A program made the translations under genes and the position numbers. Positions 10,574-21,897 of a stretch of DNA of 64,000 bases are shown here, piece after piece (position 1 is the stretch's first letter; each line of letters starts with the position of its first letter). Source of the DNA: an uncultured Chloroflexia bacterium (lineage in GTDB: Bacteria > Chloroflexota > Anaerolineae > JAAYZQ01); NCBI GenBank assembly GCA_963700285.1, contig CAVOXA010000001.1, forward strand, positions 1,248,001-1,312,000, written 5' to 3'. The notes beneath the pieces were generated by a model. That model was not told the origin of the DNA, made no database searches, and was given only the letters and a program-made list of their open reading frames with translations.

Positions 10574-10984
10574 TTACCAATCGTCTTCTGCATTCTCTGT
10601 GTTTAGCGACCCATCGAGCCCATAGGCGCCGACTTTGACCACTTTGAGCGGCAGCAGGGCGCACTTGAGCCGCACCGGTCCCAGGTCAATGCCCAGCTCC
10701 TCGACCACATCCTCATTGGTCAGCGCCTTGATCTCGTCGAGCGTCTGGCCGATGAGCAGGTCACTGAGCATGGAGGCCGAGGCCTTGCTGATGGCGCAGC
10801 CCACGGCCGAGAAGCGCACATCTTTCACCGTCTCCCCGTCTTCGTCCAGTTGGATGTCAAACCGGATCCGGTCGCCGCACAGCGGATTGTTCTCCTCGTG
10901 GGTGATGTCGGGATTCTCCAGCGTGCCATAGTTGTGCGGGTGGGTATAGTGTTCCAGGATCTCTTCTCGATAAAAGTCGTCCAT
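10574..10984 (-). CDS. sufU: SufU/IscU-type Fe-S scaffold or sulfur-transfer protein
   Basis: NPLCGDRI, GCAISKASAS, RLKCALL. Confidence 0.93.
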   Translation of the reverse strand: MDDFYREEILEHYTHPHNYGTLENPDITHEENNPLCGDRIRFDIQLDEDGETVKDVRFSAVGCAISKASASMLSDLLIGQTLDEIKALTNEDVVEELGIDLGPVRLKCALLPLKVVKVGAYGLDGSLNTENAEDDW

Positions 10985-11022
10985 TGTGTCAGTCTATCTC
11001 CGTCATCGAGTCTTTGCAGAGG

Positions 11023-11400
11023 TTAGGGCTGTCTCTGCGAAAGCCCCAGCATATTGCCATCGGGATCAAACACGCAAGCAAGAAATCCTCCCCAGGGCTT
11101 GTGCGTCGGTGGGTATCTCACCTTGGCGCCCAAGCCCACCAGCCGGTCGTAGGCGGCTTGCACGTCGTCGACGGTGAACCACAGGGTCACACCTGCTCGC
11201 GAGTCGCCTTCCGCCGAATCGACCTGGTCAAAGCCCAGATAGACGGACCCAACCTGCTGGCCCATGTGCTGCGGGGAGCGCTGGTAGGAACCCAACTGGA
11301 GGCCATCCCGGTAGAACGCAGCCAATAGCTCCATGCGCTCCGTAAAAATGATCGCCGTATCCAGGCTTGTTCCGCCCACTGCATCCCTGGATCCTGCCAT
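11023..11400 (-). CDS. VOC/glyoxalase-family protein
   Basis: AFYRDGL, LWFTVDDV, PWGG...DPDGN. Confidence 0.88.
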   Translation of the reverse strand: MAGSRDAVGGTSLDTAIIFTERMELLAAFYRDGLQLGSYQRSPQHMGQQVGSVYLGFDQVDSAEGDSRAGVTLWFTVDDVQAAYDRLVGLGAKVRYPPTHKPWGGFLACVFDPDGNMLGLSQRQP

Positions 11401-11409
11401 GCTATCCTC

Positions 11410-11982
11410 CTACGCGTACTCCGATTTGAGCTTGGCCAGATAGCGCTTTCGGAACTTGGTCACCTTGGGGGCGATCACCACCTGGCAATACGGTTGTCGC
11501 TCATTGCGCCGAAAGTACTCTTGGTGGTATTCTTCAGCCCTGTAGAAGGCGCCAAATGGCGTGACTTCGGTCACAATCGGTCCATTCCAGATCTCGGCTG
11601 CGGTCAGATCCTCGATTACCTTGCTGGCTGCCGCCCCCTGATCTGGGCTGTGGTAAAAGATTGCCGAGCGATATTGGGGCCCAATGTCGGCTCCCTGGCG
11701 GTTCAGCGTCGTAGGGTCGTGGGTGCCAAAGAATACCTCGAGAATCTCTTCAAAGGTAATCTTTTGCGGGTCGAAGGTGATTTGCACGACTTCCGCATCT
11801 CCCGTTGTCCCGGCAGATACCTGCTGGTAAGTTGGGTTGGCCACTGTTCCACCCGAGTATCCTGACTCAACCTTCTCAACGCCGTTTAACTGCTCAAAGA
11901 CGGCCTCCAGACACCAGAAACAGCCGCCTCCAAGGGTCGCAATTTCTCTGTCGTCGGCCAACTGTACATGCTGCGAGTCCAT
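11410..11982 (-). CDS. msrA: Peptide methionine sulfoxide reductase A
   Basis: GGGCFWC, HDPTTLNRQGAD.G.QYRS, AEEYHQEY, QPYC; RBS AGAGGAG before ATG 11982. Confidence 0.95.
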   Translation of the reverse strand: MDSQHVQLADDREIATLGGGCFWCLEAVFEQLNGVEKVESGYSGGTVANPTYQQVSAGTTGDAEVVQITFDPQKITFEEILEVFFGTHDPTTLNRQGADIGPQYRSAIFYHSPDQGAAASKVIEDLTAAEIWNGPIVTEVTPFGAFYRAEEYHQEYFRRNERQPYCQVVIAPKVTKFRKRYLAKLKSEYA

Positions 11983-12023
11983 TGTGATTAATTCTCCTCT
12001 GAATGCCAAGGTTCTCTGCGAGC

Positions 12024-12899
12024 CTAAGCAAGGCTCCAGATCCGGATTTTCCTGTCCGCTGCGCCGACGGCAAACCAGCGCCCATCGGGCGAGAAAGCCA
12101 TCCCGTTCACGGCCTTGGTGCCGATAGTGAGTTCAGTCTCCAACTGCCAGTTCTTCACGGACCAAAGTTCTACTCTGCTCTCTGAGCTTAAGGCGGCCAT
12201 GGTCTCGTCCGGAGAGAAGGCCAGCCCTCGTACCCCAGGGGCGCTGCCCCGAACAGTCCGAGCTACCTGCCAGGTAGCCGCGTCCCAGAACTTGATCGTC
12301 TGCTCGTACCCCAGCGATACCAGGTATTGGCCGCTGTCGATGAACCTGAGCCAGCCTACAGCGGTTCTGTGGCCTGCCAGTGTACGGATATGTTCGCCGG
12401 ATGGCAGCGACCAGAGGTTGATGTCATCCCCCAGGCCGGCTGTAGCCAGCATGCTGCCGTCTGGAGAAAAAGCAATGGACCCAAGATTCTTTTTGCTAGC
12501 ACGAATGCCGGCAATATCTTGGCCTGTTAGCGTCCAGACCATGGCCAGGCCGCCGTAGGACCCGGCCGCGACGAGTGCTCCATCGGGTGAAATCTGGACC
12601 GCAGCAACAGTCTTCTTGCGGTCTTGCAGCGTTCGGATCAACCGGCCGTCGGGAAAGGTCCACAGCTTGACGGTGGCGTCTGTTGATCCGGTCGCCAGGG
12701 TCTTGCCGTCGGGGGAGAGCGAGATACTGTTCGCGCTGTTGGCGTGCCCCTCGAACGTTCCTCGCGGCCGCCAGTCAGGGGCAGACCAGAGCTTGATCAC
12801 GTTGTCCATCCCGGCCGAAACCAGCGTCTGGCTGTCACGGCTGAAAAGCAAATCTATCACATAGCTACCGTGAGCCTCAAAAACCGCGCTCTTTTCCAT
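12024..12899 (-). CDS. Stand-alone WD40 beta-propeller protein
   Basis: About 7 repeats of GH...FSPDG..LA..G.D..IKLW; no signal peptide. Confidence 0.9.
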   Translation of the reverse strand: MEKSAVFEAHGSYVIDLLFSRDSQTLVSAGMDNVIKLWSAPDWRPRGTFEGHANSANSISLSPDGKTLATGSTDATVKLWTFPDGRLIRTLQDRKKTVAAVQISPDGALVAAGSYGGLAMVWTLTGQDIAGIRASKKNLGSIAFSPDGSMLATAGLGDDINLWSLPSGEHIRTLAGHRTAVGWLRFIDSGQYLVSLGYEQTIKFWDAATWQVARTVRGSAPGVRGLAFSPDETMAALSSESRVELWSVKNWQLETELTIGTKAVNGMAFSPDGRWFAVGAADRKIRIWSLA

Positions 12900-12916
12900 C
12901 TTACCACGACTCCGCT

Positions 12917-13774
12917 TCAACCCTTGCGTCCGGCGATGATGAGATGCTGATTGACAAAGCTCGCCTCGGGCGTGCCCCAGGAACTCGGCTGCATCCAGTC
13001 CCTGACTGGTTCGGGTGCTTCCTCGACCATTGCTACCAGGCGCTCGATGACCTCCGGCGTGCAGCCCTGGCGCTCGGCCCAGGGATACAGGCTGTGAACC
13101 TTGACAATCTGTTCAGTATCCTCAACGGCTAGCCCGGCTGCCTCAAACATGGCCCGCCACTCCCTCTCCGAACATGCCCGGTGGTGGCTGGGATCTCGCA
13201 ACCGTTCGAAATCGTTGATGTAGCGGGCGGCTTCAGCGTCCTCTGGCAACGCATGGTCTTGGACCAGCAGCAATCCCGGTACCTTCAGTACTCGTGCGCT
13301 CTCTAGCACAAAGCGAGCGGGGTTGGGGAAGTGGTGCGGTGCGATTCGGCAAGTGACAAGGTCGAAACTGCCATCGTCGAAGGGCAACTCCTCGGCATCA
13401 GCCGGTTCAAAGACCACATTCTTGATTCCCTGGCTTTCTATGAAGGCTCGGGCTTTCTCCAGCATCCTGGGCGTGATGTCGGTCGCTGTCACCCGGGTGA
13501 CATGGGACGCGAATTTTAGGGCAGTGTGTCCGCCTCCTGTCGCAATGTCCAGAACGACCCAGCTGGGTTGCGGCTGAGCGATCTCAACTAGGCGGTCCAA
13601 CTCTTGCCCCTTGGCATGGGTCGCACTTGTGACGTATCCTTCGGCGAATCTGGTGTATCGTTGCTGCGAGAGAGCTTTTGCGTCGAAATCGTCGGTCATC
13701 TCGTCACTCCCGGCAGCATCCCTTGCCGGCCCTTCTCGGGTACTGGCTCGGTACCCGGAATCCTTCCTAGTCAT
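12917..13774 (-). CDS. Class I SAM-dependent methyltransferase (YcgJ/YafE-like); alternative start 13699
   Basis: VLDIATGGGH, DAEELPF.DGSFDLVTCRIAPHHF, ERLRDPSH. Confidence 0.9.
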   Translation of the reverse strand: MTRKDSGYRASTREGPARDAAGSDEMTDDFDAKALSQQRYTRFAEGYVTSATHAKGQELDRLVEIAQPQPSWVVLDIATGGGHTALKFASHVTRVTATDITPRMLEKARAFIESQGIKNVVFEPADAEELPFDDGSFDLVTCRIAPHHFPNPARFVLESARVLKVPGLLLVQDHALPEDAEAARYINDFERLRDPSHHRACSEREWRAMFEAAGLAVEDTEQIVKVHSLYPWAERQGCTPEVIERLVAMVEEAPEPVRDWMQPSSWGTPEASFVNQHLIIAGRKG

Positions 13775-15035
<1,261 letters not shown>

Positions 15036-15054
15036 GTGCTCTGCTCTCCTCCGG

Positions 15055-16479
15055 TCAGGACTCTGACGAGCCCAGCCTACTCGAGCCTGTCCGGCCTCGG
15101 ATTCGCCGAACCTCGTCAGCCCTGAGCTTGGCTGCGATGGCCCCGGTCAGCCGCTCCCGCAGCCCTTCCAGGCTCTCCGGCAGGCGGTCCAGCGACGGCT
15201 GGAAAAAGCCCTCGACGATCAGGCGGACGGCCTCATCGCGGGGGATGCCCCGGCTCATCAGATAGAAGACCTGGTTCTCGTCCACCTGGCTCACGGTCGC
15301 GCCGTGGGTGCAGCGCAGGTCATTGGCCTCGATCTCCAGCTCGGGCAGCGAGTCGGCCCGCGCCTTCTTGGACAGCAGCAGGTTGCGGTTCGATTGGTAG
15401 GCATTGGTCTTTTGCGCACCAGGCCAGGCGCGGATGGTGCCCTCGTAGACCGACCGCGACCTGCCCAGCAGCGCGCCCTGATAGAGCAGGTCGCTCATGC
15501 AGTTGCCGGCGACGTGGTCCTGCAGGGTGTCAAAGGCCATGTGCTGCTTGCCGTCGGGCAGATACAGGCCGGTGACCATGGCCTCGCCGCCCGGCTCGCG
15601 CAGGATGCTGTGCTGCGTCGAGCGGCTCACGCCGCCCGCCCAGGCTCACCGTCAGCCACTCCAGGCGGCTGTCGCGATCCAGCAGTGCCGTCTGGGTGCG
15701 CAGGTCATACACCTGGCGGCCAAGATCCTGGGCATTGATATAGCGGACCCGGGCGCCGGCTCCCACGTACAGCTCGGTGACGCCGCCGTGATAGGTGTCG
15801 GGGCAGGCGTCACAACCCATGGAGAGCAGTTCCGAGACCAGCGTCACGCTGCTGCCTTCCTCGGCGATGAGCAGGGTGGGCGGAAAGACGGCCAGTTGTG
15901 GCATCTCCTGCCACAGCACCGAGACGAAGGGCAGGTCGACGCGTCACGTTCTTGGGCACGTAGAGAAAGGTGCCGCCGCTCCAAAACGCGCATGCAGGGC
16001 CGTGTACTTGTCCGCCGTCACCGGCACGGCCTCTTCCATAAAGTACTTTTGCACCAGCTCGGGATGCTCCCGCACCGCGGTGTCCATATCGGTCCAGATC
16101 ACGCCCTGGGCCCGCACCTCGTCGGCCAGGTCCAGGTAGACGCGCGCCGAATCGCGCTGCAGCAGCAGCCCGGCCCGCTGGCCATAGATCGCCAGCGCCT
16201 CGTGCAGCTTGGGCGGCAGGGCCTCCAGATCCGTCGACCGGCGCCTGGGGCGGCGCGTAGGGGATCAGTTCCTCCCACTTGAGCTTGCTGATGTCGGTGC
16301 GCCGCCAGAACGGGGCTCCAATCTCCTGATAGTGGTACCAGCCCTCGTAGCGCTTCTCCAGCATCCAGTTGGGCTCGTCCCGGCTGGCCGACAGGGCCTC
16401 CAGCTGCCTCCCGGCGTAAAGCCCCTGGGCTGGCAGGGTCGGTCTTGCTTTCCTGTTCAATCGTCGCAGCTATGTCCAC
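15055..16479 (-). CDS. sufD: Fe-S assembly protein SufD (frameshifted)
   Basis: WRRTDIS, FWSGGTFLYVP, QKTNAYQSNRNLLLS, PELEIEANDLRCTHGATV, FYLMSRGI. Confidence 0.88.
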
Positions 16480-16531
16480 GGTTTCATCCCTCGATTGCAT
16501 GATCCGCGGATCTGGCCTTCTGGCCCCAGAC

Positions 16532-17942
16532 CTATCCCACCGATCCTTCCATCTCCAACTGGATCAGGCGGTTCATCTCCACGGCGTACTCCATCGGCAG
16601 CTCTTTGACGATGGGCTCGATAAAGCCGTTGACGATCATCATCATCGCCTGCTGCTCGGAGATGCCCCGGCTCATGCAGGTAGAAGAGCTGCTCGTCGCT
16701 CACCTTGCTGACCGTGGCCTCGTGGCTGATGCTGGCATCCTCTTCGTCGATCTCCATCACCGGATAGGTGTCGGAGCGCGAGTGCTCGTCGAGGATGAGC
16801 GCGTCGCAGACCACGTTGCTCTTGACGCCCTTCGGCGCCCTTGTAGACCTTGACCAGGCCGCGATAGCCGGCCCGCCCGCCGCCCTTGCTGATCGACTTG
16901 GAGGTGATGCTGGAGGTGGTGTGCGGCGCGCCGTGGATCGCCTTGGCGCCGGCGTCCTGGTGCTGGCCCTTGTTGGCAAAGGCGATGGACAGGATCTCGG
17001 CCCTGGCCCCCTTGCCCATCATGTAGACGGAGGGGTACTTCATGGTCAGCTTGCTGCCCAGGTTGCCATCGACCCACTCCATCGTCGCGTCCTCGTGGGC
17101 CACCGCCCGCTGGGTCACCAGGTTGTAGACGTTGTGGCTCCAGTTCTGGATGGTGGTGTAGCGCACGCGCGCGCCCTTTTTGACAATGATCTCGATGACG
17201 CCCGAGTGGAACGAGTCGGTGCTGTAGGTCGGCGCCGTGCAGCCTTCGACATAGTGCACCTGCGAGCCCTCGTCGGCGATGATCAGCGTCCGCTCAAACT
17301 GGCCCATGTTCTGGGCGTTGATGCGAAAGTAGGCCTGCAGCGGGAATATCGACCTTGACGCCGGGCGGGATGTAGACAAAGCTGCCACCGCTCCACACCG
17401 CGGTGTTCAGGGCCGCGTACTTGTTGTCGGCGGCGGGCACCACCGTGCCAAAGTACTCTTTGTAGACCTCTTCATACTCGCGCAGGCCGGTGTCGCTGTC
17501 GACAAAGACGACGCCCTGGCGCTCCCACTCCTCTTTCAGGCTGTGGTAGACGGCCTCGGACTCGTACTGTGCGCCCGCACCGGCCAGGAACTTGCGCTCC
17601 GCCTCGGGGATGCCCAGCCGGTCAAAGGTGCGCTTGATGTCGTCGGGCACCTCGTCCCAGGTACGTCCCTGCTGCTTCGACCGGCTTGATATAGTAGTAG
17701 ATGTCGTCGTAGTCCAGCCTGGACAGATCGCCGCCCCAGGTGGGCATCGGCTTGGCGTAAAAGATGTCCAGGGACTTGTGTCGCATGGCGCGCATCCAGT
17801 CTGGCTCGCCCTTCATCTACGAGATCTCGTCGACGATCTCGTGGTCCAGACCCTTGCGGCTCTTGAACACATAGTTTTCATCATCGCGGAACCCGTACTT
17901 GTAGTCGTCCAGGTCCACGCCCAACACAACATTGTCAGACAT
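16532..17942 (-). CDS. sufB: Fe-S assembly protein SufB (frameshifts plus one in-frame TAG)
   Basis: [81 protein letters not shown]. Confidence 0.93.
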
Positions 17943-18020
17943 GTCCAATCCTTTCCGCTAGCGGATCAACCAGGCCCGAATCTGGCTTTCAGGCAGCCGG
18001 CACTCGGAGAATGGAACTCT

Positions 18021-18805
18021 TCACTCGGCTCCCTCTTGCACCCAGTCGTAGCCCCTTTCCTCCAGCTCCAGGGCCAGCTCCGGGCCGCCCGACATGACAA
18101 TCGGCCGTTCACCAGGATGTGGACGTGCTCCGGCTTGATATAGTCGAGGATACGCTGATAGTGGGTGATGACCAGCACACCCAGGTTGGGACTCATCAGC
18201 TCGTTCACGCCTTCGGACACGATGCGCAGGGCATCGATGTCCAGCCCCGAGTCGGTCTCGTCCAGGACGGCGATCTCGGGCTGGAGCATGGCCATCTGCA
18301 AGATCTCCATCCGCTTTTTCTCGCCGCCGGAGAAGCCGTCGTTCAGATAGCGGCGGGCAAAGCTGGGATCCATCTTGAGCATGGCCATCTTTTCTTTGAG
18401 CAGCTCGCGAAACTCGCGCATGGAGATGCCCTTCTTGGCCCCATTGCCGTTGCCGGGTACATCGGACTCTGTGCGCACGGGCGTTGAGGGCCGTCCGCAG
18501 AAAGTTGGCCACGCTTACCCCTGGGATGGCGCTGGGATACTGGAACGCCAGGAACAGCCCCAGCCGCGATCGCTCGTCGGGCGACATTTCGACGATGTTC
18601 TCGCCTTTGAACCAGATCTCGCCGCTCGTCACTTCGTAGGCGGGATGGCCCATCAGGGTGTTGGCCAGGGTGCTCTTGCCCAGAGCCGTTGGGCCCCATG
18701 ATGGCATGGATCTCGCCCTCTGTTCATCTCCAGATTGAGCCCCTTGAGGATCTCCTGACCCTCGACATTGACATGCAGGTTCTTGATCAGCAGATCAGCA
18801 CTCAT
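18021..18805 (-). CDS. sufC: Fe-S assembly ATPase SufC (frameshifted)
   Basis: MGPNGSGKST (split), [44 protein letters not shown] overlap with sufR. Confidence 0.93.
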
Positions 18806-19471
18806 CCGCCTATCAACTCCTTCTTGTTGATCTTTTCCTGTTCCTGGGCAATCGTGAATTGGCAGCCACGATGCCCATCCAGCACGCACTGGGTCAGCTT
18901 GACCCCAGACTCTAGCAGGCGGACCATCACCTGTCGCTCCATCTCACATACGGCGCGGTTCTCCAGAGCCACGTTCTGGTAGGGGCAGCCATATTCCTGC
19001 AGAACGAACCCCTCTGAGGTCTTGACAATCTCGACAGTCACCCCACGCTGGTCCAACAACTCGGCCCAGGCATTCACCCGATCGACCAGTGCTAGTCCCC
19101 CGACCTGGTCTCTGTACAGCGCCGCCATGCGGCTCGCCACCCGACGGAGCACGCCCTGGAGGGCCGTCTGCCCCCTGTGTCTCGCCTACCTCCTCCAGAA
19201 GCAGCCTGGCCAGGTCGCCATAGTCCTTGTAGAAGAGGTTGTGAGCTTGAGGGGTCACCGAGTAGACATAGTAGGGACGTCCTACGCCCTCTCGAACCTT
19301 CTCTGCACGGATCGCGCCACTGGCCTGGAGCTGGGTCAGGTGCAACCTGACTGCCGAAGTGGTTACGCCCAGGTCGGACGCCACCTCCTTGATGCTGGCT
19401 CGGCCGCGCATCTGAATTGTTTTCAGCACTCTACCTGCTGGCGTGCTCGAGAACTCCCATGAATAGTGCAT
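18802..19471 (-). CDS. sufR: SufR-like HTH Fe-S-sensing repressor (one frameshift near 19160)
   Basis: N-terminal HTH (ASDLGVTTSAVRLHL..L, GVGRP..VYS) and C-terminal GCPY..VC..C..GC; first gene of the suf operon. Confidence 0.85.
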
Positions 19472-19501
19472 CGCCTTTTGTTTCCCTTTCTACTGGCCGT
19501 A

Positions 19502-19546
19502 ATCATAGCACGAACTGATGATTTAGTCAAATTTTACTTGCTAAAT
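19502..19546 (-). promoter_or_regulatory. suf promoter with overlapping inverted repeat (candidate SufR operator)
   Basis: Minus strand TTGACT (19525-19530), 17 bp, TATGAT (19502-19507), TG-extended. Imperfect palindrome ATTTAGTCAA-ATTTTAC-TTGCTAAAT (19521-19546) covers the -35. Confidence 0.7.
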
Positions 19547-19850
19547 TGTTCAAAATATCCAGACTTTAGGGTTCGCTTGCCGGCCCGGTGTCCCTGAAAA
19601 CGCGCTGAATCATCTATTATTCTGTGAATTCAAGTGATCACAAGGCAGCTCCGCGGTGATCCTGGATTCAGCTTGGCCATCGATTCCGCGCCTGCGTTTC
19701 TTACAAAGTTCTAATGCCAGAAGGCCGAGTCGGGCGGAGGTCACCCGCTGCCCAGCCTTCGTAACGGCTGGCTGTACCGGCCAGAGGGCTTGCATCATGT
19801 TTCGGTTGGGACTATAATGGCCCACAATTTCCTTGCAGCAGGAGCACGGC

Positions 19851-20561
19851 TTGGAGCGACATACGGTTATAATTCCCACCTACAATGAGCGAGAGAACCT
19901 AAATGCCCTGGTGGAGGAGATCATGGGGCTTGGACTTGGCTCCCACGTCATCATCGTCGATGATAACTCCCCCGATGGCACCATGCAGGTGGCCGACTCG
20001 CTGGCAGAGAGGCACGCCTCGGTCCGGGTCATTCATCGCCCTAGAAAACTGGGGCTCGGGACGGCTCACATCGCAGGCATGAAGCTGGCCTTGGCTGAGG
20101 GCGCCGACCATATCTTGACGATGGATGCTGACTTTTCGCATCATCCTCGCTACATTCCAGATCTGTTGGCGATGCTGCCGGAATGCGACATGGTGATTGG
20201 TTCGCGCTACGTGCAAGGCGGGGGCACGCTCTACTGCACGGCATCGCGCCGGGCGCTGAGTCATGGGGCAAACTGCCTCGCTCGCAGCATGCTGAAACTG
20301 GAAGCCGGCGATGCCACGGCTGGTTTTCGTGCCTATCGCCGGTCGGTGCTGGAATCGATCGCACTGGATGAGATCGTGTCTGACGGTTACTCGTTTCTCA
20401 TCGAGATGCTCTACCGCTGCCAACAACAAGGGTGGCGGATTGGCGAGGTACCGATCATCTTTGAGAATCGGCAGCGGGGCGCATCCAAGATCTCGAAAAC
20501 AGAGATCTTTAGGGCGATGCAGACCGTGCTTCAGCTCAGCCGTGAGCGGCGCCAGAAATGA
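19851..20561 (+). CDS. Polyprenol-monophosphomannose synthase-like GT2 (Ppm1/DPM1)
   Basis: IIPTYNERENL, VDDNSPDGT, KLGLGTA, MDADFSH, GSRY, EVPIIFENR..G.SK. TTG start after AGGAG. Confidence 0.88.
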   Translation: MERHTVIIPTYNERENLNALVEEIMGLGLGSHVIIVDDNSPDGTMQVADSLAERHASVRVIHRPRKLGLGTAHIAGMKLALAEGADHILTMDADFSHHPRYIPDLLAMLPECDMVIGSRYVQGGGTLYCTASRRALSHGANCLARSMLKLEAGDATAGFRAYRRSVLESIALDEIVSDGYSFLIEMLYRCQQQGWRIGEVPIIFENRQRGASKISKTEIFRAMQTVLQLSRERRQK

Positions 20562-20628
20562 GTCGGTACTGTGACCGCTCCTGTTTTAGCTCCAGATCGA
20601 GAGCACTCTTGTAGCACATGTCCAGAAG

Positions 20629-20657
20629 TTGTGATCGAGCCGACTATGTGGTATACT
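20629..20657 (+). promoter_or_regulatory. sigma70-type promoter upstream of Flp pilin
   Basis: TTGTGA (20629-20634), 17 bp, TATACT (20652-20657), TG-extended. Confidence 0.6.
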
Positions 20658-20703
20658 GAACTTGATGGATACTCAAGATCGAACCTGAGAGGAGGTGAGC
20701 AAG

Positions 20704-20856
20704 TTGCCATTTCTGCCTGACGAGGAAGGGCAGGGCCTGGTTGAGTTTGCTTTGATTCTTGTTCTTATCGCAATCGTTGTGATTGCCATTTATCTATTGG
20801 TCGAGCCGGCCATCGGCGACATACTCAACGAGTTGAAGGGTTTTGTGGGCCAGTAG
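20704..20856 (+). CDS. flp: Flp-family type IVb (Tad) pilin, 50 aa (below ORF-track cutoff)
   Basis: RBS AGGAGGTG, TTG start: MPFLPDEEG|QGLVEFALILVLIAIVVIAIYLLVEPAIGDILNELKGFVGQ*. Prepilin G|xxxxE motif followed by a hydrophobic helix. Confidence 0.85.
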   Translation: MPFLPDEEGQGLVEFALILVLIAIVVIAIYLLVEPAIGDILNELKGFVGQ

Positions 20857-20912
20857 GAAGGCGCGAGTGGCCGGATGGGATGAGCATCTTGATCTGTCAC
20901 GTTCACGCTGCT

Positions 20913-20981
20913 TGTCATTCCCGCGGAGGCGGGAATCTGCCGGCTCTTCCAGAATGGATCCCCGCCTGCGCGGGAATGACA
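20913..20981. repeat. Palindromic REP-like element (GTCATTCCCGCG...CGCGGGAATGAC, dRS3-like core)
   Basis: TGTCATTCCCGCGGAGGCGGGAATC, spacer, GGATCCCCGCCTGCGCGGGAATGACA. Terminal inverted arms with an ATTCCC-N8-GGGAAT core. Confidence 0.85.
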
Positions 20982-21027
20982 CGCTGACCAGGCGGATTAC
21001 TGTGCAATATCCTATGGGTGGCAAGGG

Positions 21028-21897
21028 GTGATGGCACAGACTGAACCTGTTCGGCCTTCCCCAACGACAAGGGCATGGCTTGAGAGATTGGGGACTGCGG
21101 TTGCAGATCTACTCTTCCCACCGCACTGTGTTGCATGCAATCGTTATGGTGCCTGGCTCTGTCCCAGTTGCCTGGCAGAGATCGACGTGATCCATCCTCC
21201 TCTCTGCCTTCGCTGCGGTTTGCCGATAGAGGGTAGAATGCCCTCTCAAGGAACAGAGGTGCCAGCACTGGCGCCATCTCATTCGGTGTACGCGGCCGGC
21301 GAGCGGTGGATCTGCCAACGGTGCCGGAACGCTCCCTCACAATTGGATGGTGTGCGGGCCTACGCTTTTCATGACGGGCCGTTGCGAAAAGCCATTCACG
21401 AATTCAAGTATAGTGGGTTGCGTAGCCTGGCGACCATCCTGGGGGATCTGATGGGTCAGGGTTGGGACGCTCTGGCCCCCGATGGTAAAGGTGTCGATGT
21501 CATTGTTCCGGTGCCCTTGCATTCGACTCGCCAGCGGGAGCGGGGCTTTAACCAAGCAGCGCTTCTGGCCAGAGAATTGGGTGCCGTTCTGCGGCATCCG
21601 GTCGCAGAGGATGTGCTGGTGAGGAGCAAGCCTACAACGCCCCAGGTGGGATTGGGTGCGGAAGCGAGGCGGGCCAACGTAGACGGAGCCTTTCAATGTA
21701 ACTCTAACAGGCTGAGTGGCATGTGCTTGTTGCTCGTTGACGATGTTTATACAACTGGATCCACGCTAGAGGCGGCCTGCAGTGCTTTGCTCAGGACAGG
21801 TGTGCAGTCGGTTTGGGCCTATACTCTGGCCCGTGCAGGCGGTCGTCTTGGCGACAGCTCGCATATCATTGACAGGGAGGCTGGACAATGGAACTGA
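21028..21897 (+). CDS. comF: ComF-family protein (zinc ribbons + PRTase-like domain)
   Basis: LLFPPHCVAC, C..C, VPVPLH..R.RERGFNQA, LLVDDVYTTGST. Confidence 0.92.
   Translation: MMAQTEPVRPSPTTRAWLERLGTAVADLLFPPHCVACNRYGAWLCPSCLAEIDVIHPPLCLRCGLPIEGRMPSQGTEVPALAPSHSVYAAGERWICQRCRNAPSQLDGVRAYAFHDGPLRKAIHEFKYSGLRSLATILGDLMGQGWDALAPDGKGVDVIVPVPLHSTRQRERGFNQAALLARELGAVLRHPVAEDVLVRSKPTTPQVGLGAEARRANVDGAFQCNSNRLSGMCLLLVDDVYTTGSTLEAACSALLRTGVQSVWAYTLARAGGRLGDSSHIIDREAGQWN

Noticed and set aside
11790-11810. MsrA GTTGDAE instead of the usual GTTGHAE
   Set aside because: Single-base difference (GAT versus CAT), and the catalytic GCFWC and other motifs are intact. Could be an error or a neutral variant.
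17817-17819. In-frame TAG in sufB as pyrrolysine or recoding
   Set aside because: It falls in an error-rich stretch at a non-catalytic position, other genes here use TAG as a normal stop, and there are no pyl genes in the window.
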